The notes beneath the pieces are model-generated. The model did no database searches and was not told the DNA's origin. It worked only from the letters and a program-made list of their open reading frames with translations. 29,964 nt of DNA from a virus. Lineage: Duplodnaviria > Caudoviricetes. Positions 24,230 to 29,964 of this stretch are shown piece after piece. The translations under genes were made by a program, and so were the position numbers. The DNA is taken from positions 1 through 29,964 of IMG/VR virus record IMGVR_UViG_3300025416_000031, one strand, 5' to 3'. Each line of letters opens with the position of its first letter. The stretch's first letter is position 1.

Positions 24230-24956
24230 CCCAATCACCCTTCTTTTTGGTTGCGTTACTTTGGTTAAACAAATCAAAGCAGGTTGCGACCAACTTCATG
24301 AAGGGCGAATGGCTATTGAGGAATTTAAAAAAGGCGCAGAGCGTACTGTCGCAGACGTTAAGGCTATTGCCAAAGAACTTACAGGAATTTGGGGTTGGAT
24401 TAAAAACTTATTTGGAATCAAAAAAACAGATTCGCCAATCGTCACGCTTGAAAAACCTCTGCCCAACAAAAAGCGTTTACAAGACCCTGAAGAATTACAA
24501 GCTCAACTTATTATTGACGTTGGGCAAAAAATGGGCGAGTTTTTCGACATACATCAAAAACTCACAAACTACTACAAAGATTTAGAGGAGACTTCAATTA
24601 ACGTCTACGACCCTGACGCAAACTTGGCAAAGAATGCAATGGATAGGGCAATGGTAGAACTTCAATTGGAAAATTTAAGTATTGAGATACGAGAAGCTAT
24701 GGTGTATGCGCCGCCTGAGTTAAAGGACATATACACGAGGTTTCTCAAGATGCACAGTCGGATTGTTGAAGAACAGGAATTCGCAAGGCGTGAGCAAATC
24801 AGGAAAAGGAATGAGGCAAGATGGCTACGCGAGGAAATCAGCAAGCGCCGACAAATGCGGGTCGCCTTGGCGGTAACGCTCGGGCTTCTGGCGGCGTGGG
24901 TGTGGGGCTTGATGATTACTCTGCGGCTGACGACTCGGGATTTCATGCAATACTAA
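24213..24956 (+). CDS. helical protein with C-terminal TM anchor; start TTG 24213 or ATT 24225
   Basis: DPITLLFGCVTLVKQIK N-terminus, coiled coil, then an R-rich segment and VALAVTLGLLAAWVWGLMI. Confidence 0.7.
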   Translation: MGATIDPITLLFGCVTLVKQIKAGCDQLHEGRMAIEEFKKGAERTVADVKAIAKELTGIWGWIKNLFGIKKTDSPIVTLEKPLPNKKRLQDPEELQAQLIIDVGQKMGEFFDIHQKLTNYYKDLEETSINVYDPDANLAKNAMDRAMVELQLENLSIEIREAMVYAPPELKDIYTRFLKMHSRIVEEQEFARREQIRKRNEARWLREEISKRRQMRVALAVTLGLLAAWVWGLMITLRLTTRDFMQY

Positions 24957-25105
24957 TCTTGTTGGTGTTGTTGTTTGCTTTGTTAGTGCCTGCGGCTGGA
25001 TATGTTTGGTATCGGGCTTATGTGGCTGAAATGGCAATGGAGCATACTTTGCGAAAACTGCAACAGGCTCAGAAAGAAATGCAAGAACAAAAGGAAAAAC
25101 AATGA
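24821..25105 (+). CDS. single-TM membrane protein
   Basis: AILILLVLLFALLVPAAGYVWY followed by a coiled coil. Start is ATG 24821 or GTG 24896. Coupled to the next gene by ATGA. Confidence 0.65.
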   Translation: MATRGNQQAPTNAGRLGGNARASGGVGVGLDDYSAADDSGFHAILILLVLLFALLVPAAGYVWYRAYVAEMAMEHTLRKLQQAQKEMQEQKEKQ

Positions 25106-25335
25106 GGTTTTGTATACTTATTTTTTTCAGTTGGATACTTATTGGCTGTGAAGATCGTTATCGATATATCTGCCAAGACCCCAATCATTTTGGTGATGCA
25201 CAATGTCAAAAACCTATTTGTGAGTTCACGCAAACATGCCCTGAATATTTGGTAGCACCTATCTTGGAGAAAAAAATTGAAGGAAATCCTGTTACAACTC
25301 CTAGCGCCCAACAATGCCAGGCTAACTGCCGATGA
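25102..25335 (+). CDS. Cys-rich lipoprotein
   Basis: Signal peptide with lipobox LIGC, then EDRYRYICQDP...CQKPICEFTQTCPEYL. AAGGA RBS. Confidence 0.75.
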   Translation: MRFCILIFFSWILIGCEDRYRYICQDPNHFGDAQCQKPICEFTQTCPEYLVAPILEKKIEGNPVTTPSAQQCQANCR

Positions 25336-25729
25336 GATAGACGTTCGTGTCAGAGCATTTGTCGTCATTATGGTGACGCTGATATTTGCGTTTATTACGT
25401 TTGCTTTGTTGTATTCGGTGACGTTTGTGACTCAGCCGATTAAGCAAATGGCCCCGATTGACCAAGCCTACACAAAGATGTTGAACGACATTGTTTTGTT
25501 GATTGTGGGCGGCATTGGTGGCATCTTGACCAAAGGCGTAAGCAATGAGGCCAAAGACATGATGAACGCTGCCAAATCAAATACAGCGGCCTATGTTGCG
25601 CCTCCTGTGCAGTCTATTCAAGTAGCCGAATGGTCTGCACCTTCAGCGCCTTCAACGCCTGCCAATCATCTTGAGCCAGACCATGAGCGTGAAGCTATGG
25701 CTGCGGCTCGTCAATCGGTTAAGGAATGA
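25277..25729 (+). CDS. two-TM membrane protein (holin candidate)
   Basis: TTG start after GGAG. TM1 AFVVIMVTLIFAFITFALLYSVTFV, TM2 IVLLIVGGIGGIL, then a hydrophilic tail. Confidence 0.65.
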   Translation: MKEILLQLLAPNNARLTADEIDVRVRAFVVIMVTLIFAFITFALLYSVTFVTQPIKQMAPIDQAYTKMLNDIVLLIVGGIGGILTKGVSNEAKDMMNAAKSNTAAYVAPPVQSIQVAEWSAPSAPSTPANHLEPDHEREAMAAARQSVKE

Positions 25730-26157
25730 CGATGAATCCGTGGGTTATCTTAAGCGTTTTAATGGCCTTGGCAGGTGTTTATGGTTATGGACACCATCAA
25801 GGCTACAAAGAGAAAGAGACAGAAGATGCTATCGTCATTGGTAAAAAGAATCAGGAAATGTCTGACGCAAAGGAACAAGCAGATGCCAAACTTGCACAAG
25901 CAAAAAAATCTCTGGCAGTTAAAAACTCTCAGCTTGTTAATGCTATCCATACTGGTGAGCAGCGGTTGTTCGTCAACGTCACCCCCCAAGCTGGATGTGC
26001 CTCCTCTAGCGATACAGAAACGAGAGCCGAACTTGACAGATCGGTTAGTGAAGCTCTTGTCACCATCACAGGGGACGGAGACCAAGCCATTGTCGAACTT
26101 AACGCCTGCATTGACCAATACGCAAAAATGAGGGAGATCATTCATGGTAAGCGCTGA
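25726..26157 (+). CDS. i-spanin (Rz-like)
   Basis: N-terminal TM, periplasmic coiled coil, RLFVNV, and GDQAIVELNACIDQY at the C-terminus. Confidence 0.8.
   Translation: MTMNPWVILSVLMALAGVYGYGHHQGYKEKETEDAIVIGKKNQEMSDAKEQADAKLAQAKKSLAVKNSQLVNAIHTGEQRLFVNVTPQAGCASSSDTETRAELDRSVSEALVTITGDGDQAIVELNACIDQYAKMREIIHGKR
25883..26131 (+). CDS. o-spanin lipoprotein (Rz1-like), embedded in Rz in the +1 frame
   Basis: AGGA RBS, MPNLHKQKNLWQLKTLSLLMLSILVSSGC signal/lipobox and a Pro-rich mature part. Confidence 0.7.
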   Translation: MPNLHKQKNLWQLKTLSLLMLSILVSSGCSSTSPPKLDVPPLAIQKREPNLTDRLVKLLSPSQGTETKPLSNLTPALTNTQK

Positions 26158-26740
26158 ACAACTCCAACAACTTGGTATTGGTATTGAATGGACGCCTGCG
26201 CTTAACGATACGTTCGCAAAGTTCAACATTGCAACACCTCGCCAGCAAGCAGCGTTTATTGGACAAGCAAGCCATGAGTGCAACAACTTCAAAACGCTTG
26301 AGGAAAACTTAAACTACAAAGCCGAGACTTTGATTAAACTGTGGCCTAGCCGATTCCCTACTTTGGAGATTGCTAATGCCTACGCCCACCAGCCCCAAAA
26401 AATTGCCAACAAGGTCTACGCCTCACGCATGGGCAATCGTGACGAAGCGTCTGGTGATGGGTTCAAGTTCAGAGGCAGGGGTTGTATCCAACTTACGGGG
26501 CATGACTCGTATTGGCATTTTGGTCAGGCCATCAATGCCGATCTTGTGGCCTCACCCGATTTGGTGTCCTCGCCTAAATACGCTGCGTTAAGTGCTGGCT
26601 GGTTTTGGTCAACACATAATCTCAATGCTTTGGCAGACGCCATGAACTACGAGGCTGTAACTCGCAAAATCAATGGTGGCATCTTTGGACTTGCTGAACG
26701 AATTGCATTGACTCAGAAGGCTTATCAGGTTTTAGTCTGA
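26144..26740 (+). CDS. endolysin, glycoside hydrolase family 19
   Basis: AAFIGQASHEC, LEENLNY, GDGFKFRGRGCIQLTG and TRKINGG..GLAER motifs. Confidence 0.92.
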   Translation: MVSAEQLQQLGIGIEWTPALNDTFAKFNIATPRQQAAFIGQASHECNNFKTLEENLNYKAETLIKLWPSRFPTLEIANAYAHQPQKIANKVYASRMGNRDEASGDGFKFRGRGCIQLTGHDSYWHFGQAINADLVASPDLVSSPKYAALSAGWFWSTHNLNALADAMNYEAVTRKINGGIFGLAERIALTQKAYQVLV

Positions 26741-26848
26741 CAAGGCTTCAATCATTACCCAAGTGGCGATGAGTAATGCGGTAAAGAATCCTGCTCCAAA
26801 AAACAGGATTGTGCAAAGCATGAAGATGTTGTAAATATCGTCATCCAT
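26732..26848 (-). CDS. 38-aa single-TM protein
   Basis: MDDDIYNIFMLCTILFFGAGFFTALLIATWVMIEALSD. Overlaps the upstream minus-strand stop, and its 3' end overlaps the endolysin end. Confidence 0.55.
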   Translation of the reverse strand: MDDDIYNIFMLCTILFFGAGFFTALLIATWVMIEALSD

Positions 26849-27032
26849 TGTTTTTCTCTTTGAGTTTGTCTGCAACTGCCCATATTGCGCCTAAAGTTAG
26901 CGAACGGTTTTTACGCAAAAGTGTTTCTAATTCTTCGCAAGTCAGGTCTACCCATTCTTTTCGGTCAAATGCTTCTGCCAAAATAAAAATCACAGGGAAC
27001 AAACACAAAAATCCAAGATCAATCAATGTCAT
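26841..27032 (-). CDS. hypothetical protein
   Basis: MTLIDLGF...KEWVDLTCEE...VADKLKEKNNG with a GGAG RBS; common phage 'W..LT.EE...KLKEKN' pattern. Confidence 0.65.
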   Translation of the reverse strand: MTLIDLGFLCLFPVIFILAEAFDRKEWVDLTCEELETLLRKNRSLTLGAIWAVADKLKEKNNG

Positions 27033-27186
27033 TTTGATTCTCCAAACTTTCATTTATCAACTGTTGCTTAACTAGCTCTAAGCACCAAATTACGGTGTCC
27101 ATGTATAGCGATTCGTCATACTTGTGAACCAGCTCTAGCATTTCATCGACCAGAGCGCCAGCCACCTTGCCTTGGTTTAGATTCAT
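27019..27186 (-). CDS. hypothetical protein (55 aa)
   Basis: MNLNQGKVAGALVDEMLELVHKYDESLYMDTVIWCLELVKQQLINESLENQNDID with an AAGGAG RBS. Not in the ORF track. Confidence 0.7.
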   Translation of the reverse strand: MNLNQGKVAGALVDEMLELVHKYDESLYMDTVIWCLELVKQQLINESLENQNDID

Positions 27187-27189
27187 GTC

Positions 27190-27321
27190 TTACTCCTTGT
27201 TCACATTCTCATCATCCTCCGCCCAAGGATGGTTCACGGCATCTGCGTACAACGCCAAGCAACCGCCTACGATAAAAATGGCAACAATGCCGCCGACAAC
27301 AATATCAATCCAGTCCATCAT
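27190..27321 (-). CDS. small single-TM protein
   Basis: GGAGG RBS; MMDWIDIVVGGIVAIFIVGGCLALY... Confidence 0.65.
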   Translation of the reverse strand: MMDWIDIVVGGIVAIFIVGGCLALYADAVNHPWAEDDENVNKE

Positions 27322-27479
27322 TTGCCTCCACGTTCTTTGATTAAGAAATATGTATGTTTCAAATCTGGATTTGATCTTCTTAATTGGACAAGGCAACTAG
27401 TTGCAGCTAATCTTTGATCATCTCTAAATCGAGCAACAACAATATTGCCCCCGAGTGTTTTTTGTTTGAGATAGATCAT
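27318..27479 (-). CDS. hypothetical protein (53 aa)
   Basis: MIYLKQKTLGGNIVVARFRDDQRL...ERGGK, ATGA-coupled at both ends. Confidence 0.55.
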   Translation of the reverse strand: MIYLKQKTLGGNIVVARFRDDQRLAATSCLVQLRRSNPDLKHTYFLIKERGGK

Positions 27480-27679
27480 GTGTGTAGTTCGTCGTCAAGT
27501 TTTAAAAGCATCAGGATGGCAAAGCAACCTGCCCAAACAGTCAACGTAACTTTTAAGCCAGTTGTCCAATTAGCCAAATCCCAACTTGCCGAGATGCCAG
27601 CGCCTATCACGTACCAAAACGCATAACTGATGATGAACGGGGTCATGATGAACCCAATGGTTGCAAAGTAGCGTTTCAT
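27476..27679 (-). CDS. two-TM membrane protein
   Basis: Two hydrophobic segments; ATGA-coupled. Confidence 0.65.
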   Translation of the reverse strand: MKRYFATIGFIMTPFIISYAFWYVIGAGISASWDLANWTTGLKVTLTVWAGCFAILMLLKLDDELHT

Positions 27680-27933
27680 TTCATGCTCCTTGTTTCAAAA
27701 AATCCATTCAAGTGTGGATGTTCTTTCATAAACCGTCTTGCTAGGTATGGTGTAACGTGGTCATTAATTTTCCATTCACTATTCGCTTCTTGCAAAGCTG
27801 AATGATGACGTAAGAACTCAATGATTGTTCTGGCTGAGTAATGGCGGTGGCCTCGCTGATAGATCAGCAGCGCTTGCTCCTCAAACGCTTTCCAAATGTG
27901 ATTGTTTTCAGCAAACCAGTTTTCAATGTTCAT
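27676..27933 (-). CDS. conserved hypothetical phage protein
   Basis: HYSARTIIEFLRHHS...WKINDHVTPYLARRFM.EHP...FFETR with a GAGG RBS. Confidence 0.75.
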   Translation of the reverse strand: MNIENWFAENNHIWKAFEEQALLIYQRGHRHYSARTIIEFLRHHSALQEANSEWKINDHVTPYLARRFMKEHPHLNGFFETRSMK

Positions 27934-27953
27934 AATGTGCCTCTTAATTTGTC

Positions 27954-27977
27954 AAAAAAATGGGGACAAAGCCCCAT
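27954..27977 (-). terminator. intrinsic terminator after the SSB-like gene
   Basis: Minus strand reads ATGGGG-CTTTGT-CCCCAT followed by a T-run. Confidence 0.7.
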
Positions 27978-27980
27978 AAC

Positions 27981-28226
27981 TCAGAATGGGATGTTGTCAA
28001 AATCGTCTTTAGGTAAACCTTGGTAGCCCTCTTTTGGTTTGGGTTCATTCAAGTAAGCCCAACCCGACCAACCTTCTTCGGTGATGGGCATCAAATCCAT
28101 CTTTAGCATTGGCCCAGATTTGGTATCCACCACAGAACCGATACGTTGATAGCGGTTCTTTTCTTGACCGTCTTTGTTGGTGTATTTGCCAACAACTGCC
28201 ACCACTTCATACATTGTTTTAGCCAT
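27981..28226 (-). CDS. small SSB-like protein
   Basis: Follows ERF and exonuclease. Beta-rich YTNKDGQEKNRYQRIG and an acidic SSB-type tail DDFDNIPF. Confidence 0.65.
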   Translation of the reverse strand: MAKTMYEVVAVVGKYTNKDGQEKNRYQRIGSVVDTKSGPMLKMDLMPITEEGWSGWAYLNEPKPKEGYQGLPKDDFDNIPF

Positions 28227-28839
28227 TTTTCACTTTCAAGTTGTTTAATTTATCAATTTTGGTTTCAAGTTCTTCAAGAAACTTATTAACTTCTGCTTCT
28301 AACTCTGCAATGTATTTGTCATCACGTTCAATGCGAGTAACAAACAACTGCAAACCTTCAGGGGCGCGTGGGTCAAAACTTACAAAATCATTCCACAAGC
28401 GATTAGCGCAAGCCATTTGCCACTGAACTTGCGGCATATATTTGCTTGGCATCTTTCCAGATAACAACGTATCAAAATGCGTTGCAGTGTTTGGACATTT
28501 AATTTCAATCATTCCATCATCACTTATTAATCCATCTGGTGAAGCAGCGCACATAGGTAAAAACGGATGGTTAATAATTGCCACCTCGTCCACCAAAACG
28601 TCTTTAAACGCTTCATAAGCTGCTCGTGCAAGTGGTTCTGTCTCAGTACCCCAATCCATCGCGGCATTGCTGAATGATTCCTGTTTTTTACCCGTCATGC
28701 GCTCACAAATTAATTGAGCCATGTAGTTTTCACGGCTAGTCGAATACCCTGATTTAGTTTTGGCGATAACATCAGCAACTTTGCTGGCTGTCACTTTGCC
28801 CAATCGGGCGGCAAACCATTCGTCTGTGCGTTGCTCCAT
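28219..28839 (-). CDS. YqaJ/lambda-type exonuclease
   Basis: EQRTDEWFAARLGKVTAS, MDWGTETEPLAR, ASPDGL, IEIKCP, QVQWQM and DFVSFDPR motifs. Confidence 0.93.
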   Translation of the reverse strand: MEQRTDEWFAARLGKVTASKVADVIAKTKSGYSTSRENYMAQLICERMTGKKQESFSNAAMDWGTETEPLARAAYEAFKDVLVDEVAIINHPFLPMCAASPDGLISDDGMIEIKCPNTATHFDTLLSGKMPSKYMPQVQWQMACANRLWNDFVSFDPRAPEGLQLFVTRIERDDKYIAELEAEVNKFLEELETKIDKLNNLKVKNG

Positions 28840-29438
28840 TACAAACTCGCTTTCTTTGCGTCTTTAGCTGCAATCATTTTTTTCTGCCAATGTTTATTTG
28901 TGCCACAGGCTTTGTAAGCCTCAAGATAAACCTTTTTGAGATGATCTTGATCGGTTGCATCCTGAATAGCAATCAGGTGGTCAGCCATTACGTTAATGTC
29001 AACGCTGGCAACTTCATGCGTTGTTTCGTCAGCATCTGGTGTGCCTTCAATTGGAATAGCAAACGCTTGAAAACAAGCATATTTGTAAGCCGCAGACATG
29101 GCTTTGTTGGTTGCCTTGTCGCCACTATCCATTGCTTCGCCAAACGTCTTAACGGTGTGTTTAGACCCGTCCTCAACGGAAACAAAATCAAACTCAACCT
29201 CAACGGTCACATAAAACAATGTACCACCTGATTTGCTTTGACGTTCTAAGCAATCGCGTTTTAGTACTCGCGGCAAAATGCACAAACCATTTGATGCCAA
29301 CAAAGGCGCAATTGCTTGGTACACATCGTCAATGCCTCGGAATTTGTATCCACTGCCCTGACTGTTTGTGCGAGTTTTGCCAATACCAACAACAGAAAGC
29401 GCACCTTGCACTTTGTTAATTGATTCATAAACTTTCAT
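28839..29438 (-). CDS. erf: ERF-family single-strand annealing protein
   Basis: YKFRGIDDV, GEAMDSGDKATNKAMSAAYKYA..QAFAIP motifs. ATG 29438 follows AAGGA. Confidence 0.9.
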   Translation of the reverse strand: MKVYESINKVQGALSVVGIGKTRTNSQGSGYKFRGIDDVYQAIAPLLASNGLCILPRVLKRDCLERQSKSGGTLFYVTVEVEFDFVSVEDGSKHTVKTFGEAMDSGDKATNKAMSAAYKYACFQAFAIPIEGTPDADETTHEVASVDINVMADHLIAIQDATDQDHLKKVYLEAYKACGTNKHWQKKMIAAKDAKKASL

Positions 29439-29658
29439 ATTGCAATTCCTTTTCATTTTGTGCAATCAAACGCAAGATTGCTAATTTTTCTTTTTCGCCA
29501 AGCAAATGGTCAATAGTTTCACGGTCTCCATTTTCAGAAACTGCAATCACTTTGTAATCTATCCCAAATTTGAAAAACTCGTATTCAATGAACAGATCAC
29601 GTTCGCCAAGAACTTCGTCCATTGACATGGGATATGAGAATGTTTCAAAGCTAATCAT
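29425..29658 (-). CDS. hypothetical protein
   Basis: MISFETFSYP..., ATGA-coupled to the upstream gene. Confidence 0.65.
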   Translation of the reverse strand: MISFETFSYPMSMDEVLGERDLFIEYEFFKFGIDYKVIAVSENGDRETIDHLLGEKEKLAILRLIAQNEKELQYESL

Positions 29659-29861
29659 TTTGCACCCCACAGCAAATGAACTAAAAAGCCAGCGGCAAAC
29701 GCCAACGTGATGTACACCCAAAACTCAGCATTGGATGCCTGTTCGTCTTTGTTGATTGATTGCTGGTATGAAAGATACTGCTCGTGCTTGACGGTGTTGG
29801 GAAACGCCTCGTCAAGTGTGCGTGGGTACTGTCGGGTTGTGGGATTTAGATCAATCATCAT
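29655..29861 (-). CDS. hypothetical protein with C-terminal TM; first gene of the leftward operon
   Basis: TAAGGAG RBS; TTRQYPRTLDEAFP motif and TM FWVYITLAFAAGFLVHLLW. Confidence 0.75.
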   Translation of the reverse strand: MMIDLNPTTRQYPRTLDEAFPNTVKHEQYLSYQQSINKDEQASNAEFWVYITLAFAAGFLVHLLWGAK

Positions 29862-29901
29862 GTGCTCCTTAAAAGACCGCAGATGTTGCGGCATGGATAG
29901 A

Positions 29902-29931
29902 AGTGTACAGCAAAATTTACGGATAACGCAA
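29902..29931 (-). promoter_or_regulatory. leftward early (pL-like) promoter
   Basis: Minus strand TTGCGT-N18-TACACT, about 40 nt upstream of the first gene. Confidence 0.5.
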
Positions 29932-29964
29932 CAATTTGCAAAATATTTTCATTGTGTTGTATTT

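Noticed and set aside
83-26292. Many minus-strand ORFs opposite the structural genes (e.g. 83..532, 8879..9361, 25759..26292)
   Set aside because: Antisense shadows of well-supported + strand genes, with no RBS or recognisable motifs.
26787-26810. Inverted repeat AATCCTG/CAGGATT as a bidirectional terminator
   Set aside because: AT-rich 7-bp stem with a 10-nt loop and no good U-tract, lying inside a small ORF. Too weak to call.
27930-27955. TTGACA on the minus strand just after the terminator
   Set aside because: No acceptable -10 at 16-18 nt. The position would fall on the start codon of the next gene.

Overview
The window is a ~30 kb piece of a tailed dsDNA phage genome with P22-like (podovirus) morphogenesis genes. 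The + strand (1-26740) carries, in order: nin-region-like small ORFs, a structured intergenic region, a pre-terminase gene cluster, a ParB-N/DNA methyltransferase, TerS, TerL, P22-type portal, scaffold and coat, gp4-, gp10- and gp14-like proteins, a long S/T/G-rich fibre, three ejection proteins (one with an SLT domain), a second short fibre adaptor, three paralogous tip-like proteins, and an 8-gene membrane/lysis cassette ending in spanins and a GH19 endolysin. The - strand (26732-29931) is an early operon with an ERF recombinase, a YqaJ/lambda-type exonuclease, an SSB-like protein and small membrane ORFs. Spanins imply a Gram-negative host. No integrase, tRNA, CRISPR array or reverse transcriptase is visible. 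The most interesting observations are: (1) an apparent plug-and-socket fibre system, where two unrelated tail appendages end in the same ~42-aa C-terminal motif and three paralogous tip genes follow; (2) a pseudoknotted ncRNA candidate at 1630-1727 with a sister hairpin; (3) a repeat-bearing structured leader before the coat gene; (4) extra, unexplained membrane and lipoprotein pairs in the lysis cassette. All family calls come from motif recognition by eye, not from database searches.
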